64,000 bases of DNA from assembly GCA_030583685.1 (NCBI GenBank), contig CP129470.1, positions 276,345 to 340,344 of the forward strand, in the 5' to 3' direction. Positions 1 to 9,776 of this stretch are shown piece after piece. Origin of the DNA: Candidatus Dojkabacteria bacterium (lineage in GTDB: Bacteria; Patescibacteriota; Dojkabacteria; GCA-002793355). How positions within the stretch are numbered: the stretch's first letter is position 1; every line of letters begins with the position of its first letter. The notes beneath the pieces were generated by a model that saw only the letters and a program-made list of their open reading frames with translations, had not been told where the DNA came from and ran no database searches. The translations under genes and the position numbers were made by a program.

Positions 1-355
1 TGTGTGTCTACAGTAACCTCTCCGATATTACAGGTAAATCCTTCGGCATCACAGCCTATTGCCTGAAAACAATGAGCAACCTCTTTTACTGGAAAAGTAA
101 CCGACTGGTTCGGGGCAAACAAGGTTATTGTTGTTTCGTTTTCTTCCAACTTTTGGGACACCTGCTCGTGTGGGAGACAACTTGCTACCGTTGGTGTCTG
201 ATCTTGTTCCCCAAGGACCGCCATCTGTGGCGGATTCATATACCATACAGCATAGTCAACAATTCCTTTCCCGGCAAACCAAGCAGAAAAAGTGAGGATT
301 GCTAGAGATAATACTGCAAGTGTTGTTGCATACTTTTGCGTGAAATCACGTGTTG
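1..355 (-). CDS. partial CDS (start codon at 353-355, C-terminus beyond window start); hypothetical exported/membrane-anchored protein
   Basis: Open frame on minus strand from ATG at 353-355 with no stop to position 1. N-terminal hydrophobic segment (TLAVLSLAILTFSAWFAG) looks like a signal anchor. Not in the ORF track because it is truncated. Confidence 0.3.
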
Positions 356-365
356 TCATAACCCA

Positions 366-1016
366 TTATAGCGCAGGCATTTGATTCATGAAAGTGCGTG
401 CCTTTCTTCCCCAAGATTCGGGCGTTACTGGATTATATCGGTATGCAATTCGCTCTGGTTCGCGAAGTCCACCTGCATAATATCTCGACATTCCACGAGC
501 TACATCGTAAATTGCTGCGGTAAAAGAGGGAAATCCTGATCTCCCCCACCCAAAAGGATTATACGGACGAAACAGGAACTTTCCACCACTTGATTCAATC
601 ATTGCAATCGCCGGAAGTAATCGATAGTCAATTCCATAACTGTCTGCAGCGCGGACAAAATCTTCTGCGTGAGCTTCGAGAGGGGCCTTATATCGTTTGA
701 AAAATGATTTTACCGCAGCAACCTTTTTTTTGAATAATGCTGTCTCTCGCGGATCCTCTGCTTCAACTTCTCCGAATTTATCTGGAATTATAATCTCTGA
801 TTGTGTTGCGACAACATCTGTATACATCGCCATAGATTGCAAAATCGCGACATGCTCTTGCCCTTGAGCACTCACCCATTTCATGACACCAATTGTTGCA
901 ACCAGCAAAGACACACAGCCGATAAACACTGTCGATAAAACCAACCGCCGTAATCGAGTTTTCTGTGCTTCTCGATGGAGTAACATACTCAGAATTATAC
1001 CAAAATATGATAACAA
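366..1016 (-). CDS. membrane-anchored peptidoglycan hydrolase-like protein (glucosaminidase/FlgJ-like domain)
   Basis: 216 aa with one N-terminal TM. C-terminal motif IAMIESSGGK...YNPFGWG resembles the ESGWG...NNLFGIK signature of mannosyl-glycoprotein endo-beta-N-acetylglucosaminidase domains. Confidence 0.45.
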   Translation of the reverse strand: MLSYFGIILSMLLHREAQKTRLRRLVLSTVFIGCVSLLVATIGVMKWVSAQGQEHVAILQSMAMYTDVVATQSEIIIPDKFGEVEAEDPRETALFKKKVAAVKSFFKRYKAPLEAHAEDFVRAADSYGIDYRLLPAIAMIESSGGKFLFRPYNPFGWGRSGFPSFTAAIYDVARGMSRYYAGGLREPERIAYRYNPVTPESWGRKARTFMNQMPAL

Positions 1017-1019
1017 ATA

Positions 1020-1982
1020 CTATGCACGTTGCGTTTTGTTACGTATTTTCGACGCCCTTCGCTTCTCTACCGTGCCCCACACCTTTTGGTAGTATGCAGA
1101 CCACCGATTTAGTACCGTTTTATCGAGTGGAGTCGCAAATTGCCAATGCACTAAAAAAATTTGTTTTAAAGATTCAGCAAGGTTCTTGCTTCTTATTAGA
1201 ATTACATAAATTTCGTCACGCTGACTGGAGAAAAAATAAAGCAAATGCCCTCGTATTTCAATTCTGTTATACAAGTCAAAGAGCGGATTCTCAACATAAC
1301 GATGCGAGATTTGAGTAAAATATCCAGGTTCTTCTGTTGCATAATACCCAACCGCCAGACGTACTCGTTCATTATTTGGAATTATTTCATACTGCTCATG
1401 CGGATTTTGTTGCCCCCTTTTGACAACTTCTCTGACATCATATTCCCCCAGTTCATTTCCGAATGTGTCCACAGGTAACCAACTGTCCCAAGCATACACA
1501 GATTGCCCTGCTACCTCACGGTTTGTCTCATAATAAAGTTTTTGAAAGCCCTGAAGGCCAGTTGCAACTTCTACTTTCACATCAGAAAAAGGTCGATCAG
1601 TGCCAAAATACTCGCCTTTAAGACGTGGAATAGCTTCAAGTAGATCAGATTCAAGATTAAAGAGATCGTCTCTTTTCTTGTGAATAATATTCCTCAACTG
1701 CTCTGGGTTAACTGCGGTAATGAGCGTTTGCTGCTTTTGAATTCCGTCACTTTGTTTCAACGTTAACAGCCCTTTAAGCGCAAGTCCAAAGGCAATGTCA
1801 TAGATGCTTGACCGAGGCAGTTTTGTAATCTTTGCAATATCTGTTGGCGTTACTTCTGACCTCCCAAGGCAGGCTTTATATATTTTTATTTCTTTCTCGG
1901 AAAGTCCAAAATTTTGTAACGCAATATCTTCAAATTGTGCCATAATCATGAGTTTATCACACAACACGAAAAGTGTCGACAC
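1020..1982 (-). CDS. TrmB-like winged-HTH transcriptional regulator (paralog 1)
   Basis: N-terminus LGLSEKEIKIYKACLGRSEVTPTDIAKITKLPRSSIYDIAFGLALKGLL matches the TrmB-family HTH pattern. The roughly 200-aa C-terminal domain is shared with 4 other ORFs in the window. True start may be an internal Met (MIMAQ). Confidence 0.55.
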   Translation of the reverse strand: MSTLFVLCDKLMIMAQFEDIALQNFGLSEKEIKIYKACLGRSEVTPTDIAKITKLPRSSIYDIAFGLALKGLLTLKQSDGIQKQQTLITAVNPEQLRNIIHKKRDDLFNLESDLLEAIPRLKGEYFGTDRPFSDVKVEVATGLQGFQKLYYETNREVAGQSVYAWDSWLPVDTFGNELGEYDVREVVKRGQQNPHEQYEIIPNNERVRLAVGYYATEEPGYFTQISHRYVENPLFDLYNRIEIRGHLLYFFSSQRDEIYVILIRSKNLAESLKQIFLVHWQFATPLDKTVLNRWSAYYQKVWGTVEKRRASKIRNKTQRA

Positions 1983-2028
1983 TGTCCGTCACTTTTGTCA
2001 CAACGCAATATTTTGCATACAATTCAGC

Positions 2029-2775
2029 ATGAAACAAAAAACTATCGTAATCGTTGGAGCAAGCAGAGGTATTGGGAAAGCACTTCTCAAGCTCTACGCG
2101 AAATCCGGCTATACCGTAATTGGTACCTATAATAAAAATGTTAAGGCTGCACAACTACTGTCAAAAAAGTTTGACCAGGTAACGTTTATTCACTGTAATC
2201 TTGCCAAGCTCCACAGTGTCAGAGCATGTGCGAAAAAAATCAGCAGAATAACACCTTCACTTGATATTGTCATCAACAATGCGGGAATTTATACTGCCGG
2301 AGGATTACAACAGTTGCCCATTAGAGCGTTACATAACGCATTCGGAGTCAATGTTACGGGTAAGTTTCTTCTCACACAACTCCTCCTTCCTTTGCTTAAC
2401 ACCGCACCTGAGGCAAAAGTTGTATTTATCTCCTCACGATTTGGATTTTTCGGGAATGTTGAAGCAGACTCGTTAAGTTATACCCTATCAAATAGTGCGC
2501 TCATAATGCTTTCACGCTCCTTGCAGGAAGAGTTTTTACACACCAATATCCGGATCGGATGCTTTATCCCAACAGTCACCAAGACAGATAGGTTTACCTC
2601 CGCCTTTACTCGCGAAGAACAAATGGCCATACAACAGTCAAAGTTACTTGCGCAACCAATTGATACCGCAAGGAAAATTAAAGCGTATACCGATTCGCTT
2701 CGAGGGGTATCCATTGGTGTCGATGCGAGAGTCCCAAATGAGCTATTTCACAAAATAAGGTTGGAGACTGTGTAG
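2029..2775 (+). CDS. short-chain dehydrogenase/reductase (SDR) family oxidoreductase
   Basis: TIVIVGASRGIGKAL glycine-rich NAD(P)-binding motif, NNAG motif and overall SDR length (248 aa). Start taken at the internal ATG 2029; the longer ORF from 1804 overlaps the divergent regulator gene. Confidence 0.7.
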   Translation: MKQKTIVIVGASRGIGKALLKLYAKSGYTVIGTYNKNVKAAQLLSKKFDQVTFIHCNLAKLHSVRACAKKISRITPSLDIVINNAGIYTAGGLQQLPIRALHNAFGVNVTGKFLLTQLLLPLLNTAPEAKVVFISSRFGFFGNVEADSLSYTLSNSALIMLSRSLQEEFLHTNIRIGCFIPTVTKTDRFTSAFTREEQMAIQQSKLLAQPIDTARKIKAYTDSLRGVSIGVDARVPNELFHKIRLETV

Positions 2776-2786
2776 GGCTTAGCGTA

Positions 2787-3605
2787 CTACCCTTTATATC
2801 CAATCAGATTTCCACTCTCATACTTCAGAACCGCTTTTTTCAAAAGGAATTTCGCAAGGAAGAACCAAAATGCCGACAAAGCAAGCAGTGTTACAAATGT
2901 AGATAAATTTGGATTTGCAATTAGCTCAATAGGAAGACCAGCAATGGTAATTGCAGGAATTATAAAGGTAAAGAAAAATTTCATTCCCCGAGAATAAAGC
3001 CCAGATGGATATAGTGATGGACTGATAAGCAACTCGAAAATATTGCTCGCAACCGCCACCGTGTCAGGAATAAGGAACGCAACAAGGCTGGTAATAAGAA
3101 CAAAGTTGATCATAATCAAGGCGCCTAACGGAATACTGAGGACTAATAACGCGAGTGACAAAAATGAAAGTTGAGTTAAATATGCATACACAACGAACAG
3201 AATAACCCCATAGATAATATCTCCAAATGCAGAAATCTGTGATCTACTGGACAGGACACGAACATACAGAGAAACTGGAGATATTAAAAAGTTATCAAAA
3301 TTACCAGAATTTACTTGTTGTGCTAAGGTTGAAGCCCCCCCTGCGAATCCAAATGAGACTCCATAAGCTATTGCAACAAGGGCATTTAGTCCAATCGCTT
3401 CAGTACTTCCCCATCCATTTATAGTGCCGACAGACGAAAAGAAGAAAATCCAAATAATGACAAAAGCCGTGTTATTTAACATCATTCCTACTACTTCGAG
3501 GTAAAAGGCTGTTTTTAATGCAATTGCATTTTTTATATGAGCGACAAAAAACAGACTGAAATGATGTAATGCCCGTAAAAGATTCCTCAGCATACTAACT
3601 TCCAT
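2787..3605 (-). CDS. ABC-2 type transporter permease
   Basis: 272 aa polytopic membrane protein immediately downstream of an ABC ATPase and a second permease; ABC-2 like topology. Confidence 0.5.
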   Translation of the reverse strand: MEVSMLRNLLRALHHFSLFFVAHIKNAIALKTAFYLEVVGMMLNNTAFVIIWIFFFSSVGTINGWGSTEAIGLNALVAIAYGVSFGFAGGASTLAQQVNSGNFDNFLISPVSLYVRVLSSRSQISAFGDIIYGVILFVVYAYLTQLSFLSLALLVLSIPLGALIMINFVLITSLVAFLIPDTVAVASNIFELLISPSLYPSGLYSRGMKFFFTFIIPAITIAGLPIELIANPNLSTFVTLLALSAFWFFLAKFLLKKAVLKYESGNLIGYKG

Positions 3606-4389
3606 TAATAAATAGTTTATGAAGACCTCTCCTTAAGACAATAATAATTGACAGTAACAGGACACCCACCCAGACACTTTGCACTATCAAGTAATTCCCG
3701 AGAAGCAGCTCCGCATGAGGATAAAAAATGAGTGAAAAAAATCTTGTTGCACCAAAAGGACTGTTTTTCGCGACAAATTGTAGAAACTCAGGGAAGAATG
3801 CAATAGGTACATAGCTTCCTCCAAGAATTAATATAAACTTATCAATTATCCACCAAACCGGTTCTGCTTTTTCTAACCATATTGCAAACAACCCAACAAG
3901 TGTCGCCAACAATAATTCAATAACAACCCCTACAACCGCAAGGGTTAATGCTCCAATTATGAGAATTGGCGAAAAAACAATTTCTGGAACACCAACGGTA
4001 CTCACGAGGAACGTAGCGACCACAATGACAGTCACAAGAAACTGAACAAGATGATCTGCAACAATTTGAACTGCTAACATCCACAGAAAATTTACTGGTC
4101 TGATTAAATATGTTTCAATATTCCCCGAATAAATCAATTCAGAAAGGCGTCGAAACATTCTTCTAATATTAAGGGACATTAGGATAAAATAACCCCCTAA
4201 GCTCCATAATGCAGATTCATATGGGAGAATGGCAGACACTGATGGCGCGACTTTATAGATATTAGTGTATATAACAAGGAGTAAAAGTACACGGAAAAGT
4301 GTAGTGATAATATCAATAACTAGTTTATTCCTAAAATATAAGGAGGAATAAACCTGTGTTGTAAATAGTGAAATAGTACGAGTGAACAT
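3595..4389 (-). CDS. ABC-2 type transporter permease
   Basis: 264 aa polytopic membrane protein; overlaps neighbouring genes by a few bp (operon). Confidence 0.5.
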   Translation of the reverse strand: MFTRTISLFTTQVYSSLYFRNKLVIDIITTLFRVLLLLVIYTNIYKVAPSVSAILPYESALWSLGGYFILMSLNIRRMFRRLSELIYSGNIETYLIRPVNFLWMLAVQIVADHLVQFLVTVIVVATFLVSTVGVPEIVFSPILIIGALTLAVVGVVIELLLATLVGLFAIWLEKAEPVWWIIDKFILILGGSYVPIAFFPEFLQFVAKNSPFGATRFFSLIFYPHAELLLGNYLIVQSVWVGVLLLSIIIVLRRGLHKLFINGS

Positions 4390-4391
4390 AA

Positions 4392-5324
4392 CTAACTTTC
4401 TTTTTCGTAAAGGTATTCGATTACCGTTTCCAGTGAAGGCTTATCAATATCGACATCGGCAATGTCGTACTTCGCGAGCATACTTTGTAAAAAACTATTG
4501 ACTGAACTAACGGATAAATCAATTTCAAATTTCATACTCTTTTTCCCCTGTTCAAGTACTTTTACACCTACAATTTTTTTCCATTTAATTGATTTCTCTA
4601 AGTCAACAGTAATGATGCGCTTATTACCATACACTTTATTCAACTCTTTCGTTGGCATATCAAGAACTACTCTTCCGTGATTAATTAACAGTGTTCGTTC
4701 ACACAACGATTCAATATCACCCATATCATGGGAAGTCAAAAAAATTGTTGTTCCCAATTCATTCAAATTTCGTAACACTTTTCTCAGTTTCCGTTTTGCA
4801 GTAATGTCTAAACCAATTGTAGGTTCATCCAAAAAGAGAATTTCTGGGTTATGAATTAATGAACATGCAATCTCTGCACGCATTCGTTGCCCAAGCGACA
4901 ATTTTCGTACAGGCTGGGAAAGAAACTCTTCCATGCCGAGTAGTTGCACTAATTTTGCTGCCCTCTCACTCAAATCTTTCCCCGTTATTCCGTATAATTT
5001 TCCAAACAAATATAACGACTCAAGAGGAGGTAAGTTATACAATAACTGAGAACGTTGACCGAAGACGCACCCAATTCTATAGCTAAGTTTTTGCCGATTT
5101 TCGCTCGGAACAAGTCCTGCAACGGTAACAGTACCAGTGCTTGGGTACAAAATACCTGACAACATTTTAATCGTTGTTGATTTACCAGCACCATTAGGAC
5201 CAATAAAGCCGACAGATTCACCTTCCTGTACTTCGAATGAAATATTATCTACGGCCACCAAATCCTGCCCTTTTTGTGACTTAAAATACTTGGACAACTT
5301 GTTCACCAAAACAACGTTACTCAT
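4392..5324 (-). CDS. ABC transporter ATP-binding protein
   Basis: Walker A GPNGAGKST, ABC signature LSLGQRMR, Walker B ILFLDEPT. Confidence 0.85.
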   Translation of the reverse strand: MSNVVLVNKLSKYFKSQKGQDLVAVDNISFEVQEGESVGFIGPNGAGKSTTIKMLSGILYPSTGTVTVAGLVPSENRQKLSYRIGCVFGQRSQLLYNLPPLESLYLFGKLYGITGKDLSERAAKLVQLLGMEEFLSQPVRKLSLGQRMRAEIACSLIHNPEILFLDEPTIGLDITAKRKLRKVLRNLNELGTTIFLTSHDMGDIESLCERTLLINHGRVVLDMPTKELNKVYGNKRIITVDLEKSIKWKKIVGVKVLEQGKKSMKFEIDLSVSSVNSFLQSMLAKYDIADVDIDKPSLETVIEYLYEKES

Positions 5325-5418
5325 TATTGAAATGCAAAATTACACTTGTAATTGTACAATTCTTTCAACGGCTTTACAATTCCGATCCGCTAATCATGAT
5401 TCTGGTAGAATTTTTTCT

Positions 5419-5916
5419 TTAGGTATTAATTATTTCCTTTACCATCCCAAAAAGTCTACTGTAGGCAGTCCTGATAGGTAATTCTCTTTTGTCTAGCCCG
5501 AATTCGGAAAGAAACGCTGTCGGAACCCCATAATCACTATGAAAACAAATAGTATCCCGCAACCGATGGGGGTAACAGAGTAACTGCATCTGCCTCATAT
5601 AGTTCTGACACCCAAAATTAACTACTGAGGCTGCTAATCTTGTGGTGAGCCCTTTCCTTGGAATTACTTGCCCCCTAATTTGTACTGAATCGATATCAAA
5701 TGCTTGCGACAATTCACCAACTCGAGAAACACTCAACGTAAAAAAACGTGCGTTTCGTAAGTACGAGATAAATGATACTTGCCATGTATCAGCAATAATT
5801 CCAATGTACTTGTATCCCTCTGTGATGTCTATGCGATTCTGTTCAAACATACTCCAGGGATACGTAGCAGGCAACGCAAGTTTCTTGTACAACATCCTCG
5901 GTATTTTCGTTTCCAT
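5419..5916 (-). CDS. tyrosine recombinase/integrase catalytic-domain protein (short, probably truncated or degenerate remnant)
   Basis: Box I-like TLSVSRVGELSQAFDID, box II HRLRDT (HxLRxT), and C-terminal LPIRTAYSRL with candidate nucleophile Tyr. Only 165 aa and lacks an N-terminal core-binding domain; the second conserved His positions are substituted. Confidence 0.45.
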   Translation of the reverse strand: METKIPRMLYKKLALPATYPWSMFEQNRIDITEGYKYIGIIADTWQVSFISYLRNARFFTLSVSRVGELSQAFDIDSVQIRGQVIPRKGLTTRLAASVVNFGCQNYMRQMQLLCYPHRLRDTICFHSDYGVPTAFLSEFGLDKRELPIRTAYSRLFGMVKEIINT

Positions 5917-5970
5917 TAAGAACTATACTCAAAAAGAAGTCAAAAAACTTGACAATAGTTTGACACGCTG

Positions 5971-7524
5971 TTATTTGTCAATCAGCACTCTCCCCGTCAT
6001 ATCAGGGGGAACTTCTAGTCCAAGAAAATCTAATACGGTTGGGGCGATATCCTGTAAACTCCCTAAAGGAAATTGGTAGTTATTTTTTGCACCTTTATAC
6101 ACACCTACAAAAGGGACGGGAAATACGGAGTGTTCTGTATCAATTTCACCAGTCAATTGGTTCGTCATTTCATCAACATTTCCGTGATCTGCGGTAACAA
6201 ATACTGCACCATTTCGTGACAATACCTGTTTAACAATTTGCGCAGTACAGGTATCCACGTGTTCAACAGCTTTGACCCCCGCTTCAAAAACACCACTATG
6301 ACCAACCATATCTCCATTTGCAAAGTTCACAATAAACAAATCATAGATGCCGTAATCGAGTGTTCTTTTAAACGTATCAGTAATTTCGTAAATACTCATT
6401 TCCGGTTTTTTATCGAAAGTAGGTACCTCGGGAGAAGGAATACAAATACGCATTTCTCCTGGGAAAACGGTATTTATTCCCCCGTTGACAAAATAGGTTA
6501 CGTGAGGGAATTTTTGAGATTCTGTCAACCGTAATTGACGCATTCCTGCCATCGAAACAATACGACCAAGGGGCATTTTGACATCTGTTGGAGGGAATGC
6601 AACCTCCATAGGCAAGTCTTTATCGTATCGGACCATTCCAACAAAAGACAAGTCATTTCTCACGACCCCACGGGAAAACCCGGTAAATCCGTCTTGTTGC
6701 AACAATGCTTGGGTTAACTGAACGGCACGATCCGGTCTAAAGTTTAGAAAAATCACACCATCACCATTCTGTATCTTTCCTTTTTGTGCGACATCGGCAT
6801 CCTGAATGACATACGGCTCCAAGAATTCATCAGTGATTTCGGCCGCATATGACTTTGCTAACGCTTCAGTCCATGAAGCGACAGGAGTTCCCTTATGTTG
6901 TGTTACCAATTCATACGCCCTCGCAGTTCTTGCCCAGGTTTTATTCCTGTCCATTGCGTACTGTCGACCAATTATTGTCGCAATTTTCCCAATTTTGTAT
7001 TGTCCCATCCATAACTCAAGCTGTTCGATATACCGAGAGGCAGATTTTGGTTCAGTGTCGCGACCATCAGTAAACAGATGGAAATAGACATTTCTCTGTC
7101 CAGCTCTTGCACAAAATTCAAGTATAGCCAAAAAATGATTTAATGCTGAATGAACATTCCCATCGCTAATACAACCAAGAATATGCAATGCACTACCCTT
7201 CACTTTTGTTTGGTCAATCACCTTCTTGATTCCTGTGTTCGTGTAGAATATACCCTTTGCAATCGCCGTGTTAATTCGTGGAAGATATTGGTAAACCACC
7301 TGTCCTGCACCAATGTTTGTATGCCCAACCTCACTGTTACCTTTGACGTTCGTTGGAAGCCCTACATGTTCTGCCGAAGCATGTAAAAGCCCATGGGGAT
7401 ATGTTTCCCAAATGCTTTCAAGAAACGGTGTTCGTGCCTTTGCAACAGCGTTACCATCATATGGTTCATTACTTGCAATTCCGTCAAGAATCAATAACAC
7501 AACTGGTCCTGGTACTCGCCTCAT
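5971..7524 (-). CDS. gpmI: 2,3-bisphosphoglycerate-independent phosphoglycerate mutase
   Basis: 517 aa; N-terminus VVLLILDGIASNEPYDGNAV...PTNVKGNSEVGHTNIGAGQVVYQ is typical of iPGM. Confidence 0.9.
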   Translation of the reverse strand: MRRVPGPVVLLILDGIASNEPYDGNAVAKARTPFLESIWETYPHGLLHASAEHVGLPTNVKGNSEVGHTNIGAGQVVYQYLPRINTAIAKGIFYTNTGIKKVIDQTKVKGSALHILGCISDGNVHSALNHFLAILEFCARAGQRNVYFHLFTDGRDTEPKSASRYIEQLELWMGQYKIGKIATIIGRQYAMDRNKTWARTARAYELVTQHKGTPVASWTEALAKSYAAEITDEFLEPYVIQDADVAQKGKIQNGDGVIFLNFRPDRAVQLTQALLQQDGFTGFSRGVVRNDLSFVGMVRYDKDLPMEVAFPPTDVKMPLGRIVSMAGMRQLRLTESQKFPHVTYFVNGGINTVFPGEMRICIPSPEVPTFDKKPEMSIYEITDTFKRTLDYGIYDLFIVNFANGDMVGHSGVFEAGVKAVEHVDTCTAQIVKQVLSRNGAVFVTADHGNVDEMTNQLTGEIDTEHSVFPVPFVGVYKGAKNNYQFPLGSLQDIAPTVLDFLGLEVPPDMTGRVLIDK

Positions 7525-7720
7525 ACAACATTGTACACGACTTACCGAATACGAGATACTGACATGTTGAAAGCAGAAAAAAGAAGCTTATAGAACTGCA
7601 TGAAGACAACGATATTTTTCATTTTGTAGGGATTTCTGCGATAAGTATTGCTCTACGCGTTCACTCTCTATACTGCTTGTGTTTTTTTGCTTCTCTGGCG
7701 CTTGTTGAGTATACTTATCC

Positions 7721-8128
7721 ATGAAATATAAGCGCTATCCAACGCGAGCAGGACGACATCTCCTCTCTGCACCATTCATTTATGGGGTTTCGATTCCAAT
7801 AGTCATTCTTGATATCGCAATCGAAATGTATCATCGAATTTGCTTTCCCCTCTATGGAATTCCGTATGTTTCCAGAACAAAGTACATTCGGATGGATCGA
7901 CATAAACTCTCGTACCTTACAGGTATGGAGAAAATAAATTGTCTGTATTGTGGCTATGTTAACGGGCTCTTTGCCTATTTCGTTCAAATAGCTGGTGAAA
8001 CCGAAAAATACTGGTGTAGTATCAAACATAACAAAACGATAAACGATACTTTTACAGAACCTGCCCATCATCAAGATTTTATGGAATATGGTGATGAAAA
8101 GGCATATCGAGAACATTCAACTGAGTAA
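7721..8128 (+). CDS. hypothetical protein (one predicted TM, Cys/His-containing C-terminal half)
   Basis: 135 aa ORF. An antisense ORF of similar length (7715-8116) exists; the plus-strand product has the more protein-like composition. Strand choice uncertain. Confidence 0.3.
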   Translation: MKYKRYPTRAGRHLLSAPFIYGVSIPIVILDIAIEMYHRICFPLYGIPYVSRTKYIRMDRHKLSYLTGMEKINCLYCGYVNGLFAYFVQIAGETEKYWCSIKHNKTINDTFTEPAHHQDFMEYGDEKAYREHSTE

Positions 8129-8139
8129 CTCCGACACTG

Positions 8140-9360
8140 TTATTGTTTTAAATTTTCTTTGATATACTGGATAAATTCCAAGTTTTCCTTACCAAAGTAT
8201 TGAACCAGATACACAAACCGATTGGTTTTATGGACACACACAAGGAAGTACGCATTATTTTTCGCATCCATAAATTCGAATCCTTTGCCATCGGCGATCA
8301 CAATCTCTTTTCTCGTAAAGCCCTGTAGCGAAACAGTCGTTGGTTGCGTCGTCAACCAATGTGCAATGTATTCTTCCCCAATTTTCCTCAATTCCTGATA
8401 TGAGATATCTGCCACAAGCTCACCTTGATATTGTTTCACTGGCGCAAGTGTAACCCGCTCTTTCGTTGCTGTTTGAGTAAACGTAATCGTGTTTACACCG
8501 AATGTTGGATGTTTTGTAACTTCTACCTCCCAATCACGAGAGTACCGCAGTTTCCATACTGCCTCAGGAGGAAGATCCCTTCCAGATGCTGCAGCAACTA
8601 ATTCTTGTTTTGCTTTATAGGCAACTACCTTGTCCTGTAATCCATTCTCAGCTTGCGTTGCAGTAATCGTTTCGTACCATACATCAGAAGCAACGGTATA
8701 TACATGCAACCCAATTTCATCTTTTGTGTAGTATTCACCAAATACTCGATTAGTCTCAGAAAGAGAGACGCTCAAAACATGAGTCCACCCGTTTTTTGGT
8801 AATTCTTCTCGATAATACTCGACCACCTGATGCCACTCCGCAGTGACGGGTAACCTATACACGCTCTGGCCGCTCGTTAGAAAATCGTACAAGGCTTGCG
8901 CATCTGTAGCATTGAGCACGTTATTTCGTAACATAAATCCTTTCTCTCCAACCCGCTCAATATACTCTTCAAAAACAAAATCGCTCCCCGGATAAACTGG
9001 TACTTCACCAAGACCAAGCACGAGTTTTTTTTCATCTTTTGTGTCATCTGCTTGAAATAAAAAACCAAGAGGAGTCTCCCGTAAATATCCGGTAATTATC
9101 TCAGTTAACCCCGTCGCGTTTCGATTTTTCAAGGAATATGAGACAACACCGAGAACACCAACGGTTGCCAACAAACCGACCGCCAGCACCAGCGAGACTA
9201 CCATTACTTTAAACGCTTTTTTAATGCGAAGTTTCGCGAGCTGTCTATTGCGTTGTCTTGCGGAGGCACCAACAGATGTTGCGCGAATTCCTCTCATATA
9301 CACAGATGACCGAAATTTCGCTGGCTGTCTATTATTCTTCTTCCTGCTAAAAAATCCCAT
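8140..9360 (-). CDS. hypothetical membrane-anchored extracytoplasmic protein
   Basis: 406 aa; basic N-terminus, single TM (VMVVSLVLAVGLLATVGVLGVV), then a large non-repetitive domain with no recognisable motifs. Confidence 0.5.
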   Translation of the reverse strand: MGFFSRKKNNRQPAKFRSSVYMRGIRATSVGASARQRNRQLAKLRIKKAFKVMVVSLVLAVGLLATVGVLGVVSYSLKNRNATGLTEIITGYLRETPLGFLFQADDTKDEKKLVLGLGEVPVYPGSDFVFEEYIERVGEKGFMLRNNVLNATDAQALYDFLTSGQSVYRLPVTAEWHQVVEYYREELPKNGWTHVLSVSLSETNRVFGEYYTKDEIGLHVYTVASDVWYETITATQAENGLQDKVVAYKAKQELVAAASGRDLPPEAVWKLRYSRDWEVEVTKHPTFGVNTITFTQTATKERVTLAPVKQYQGELVADISYQELRKIGEEYIAHWLTTQPTTVSLQGFTRKEIVIADGKGFEFMDAKNNAYFLVCVHKTNRFVYLVQYFGKENLEFIQYIKENLKQ

Positions 9361-9407
9361 ATTACAGTATACTAGACATTGCCTAGAAAAATCACTAGTA
9401 TTCCTAT

Positions 9408-9776
9408 ATGGACAATGATATTGCCTCGCTACAAAAAAAGATTTTTGAACGTGCGCTTGAACAGGCTGACACCCCAGTTTTCGTTATATTTACGGCAAGT
9501 TGGAGTCTTTCATGTGCTTTGTATCAACAGGAGCTACAAGATTTTGAAATAGAAATTATCGAAAAGGCGCTTATAGCAACCCTCGATATTGATAGCTTTC
9601 CTGATCTTACAGAGAAGTATGGTATTGTGACAATTCCAACTACACTTGTGTTCTTTAATAAACAAATTGTCAAACAACTTCATGGACATCAGAATCCGGA
9701 AATACTGACCAATATTGTTGAAGAATTAACGACGCCATCCTCATCGAATGATCTTACCTCTGAGACGAAAGAATAG
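9408..9776 (+). CDS. thioredoxin-fold protein with non-canonical SxxC active site
   Basis: VFVIFTASWSLSCALY aligns to thioredoxin VVDFWAEWCGPCK, and ...KYGIVTIPTTLVFFNKQ matches the cis-Pro/beta-strand region. Only the C-terminal Cys of the CxxC is retained. Confidence 0.5.
   Translation: MDNDIASLQKKIFERALEQADTPVFVIFTASWSLSCALYQQELQDFEIEIIEKALIATLDIDSFPDLTEKYGIVTIPTTLVFFNKQIVKQLHGHQNPEILTNIVEELTTPSSSNDLTSETKE

Noticed and set aside
1804-2028. N-terminal 75-aa extension of the SDR ORF
   Set aside because: It overlaps the divergent TrmB-like gene, and the canonical SDR glycine-rich motif starts right after the internal Met at 2029.
7715-8116. 133-aa minus-strand ORF mirroring the plus-strand 7721-8128 ORF
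   Set aside because: Cys/Trp-rich odd composition. The plus-strand product looks more protein-like, but this strand choice is low confidence.
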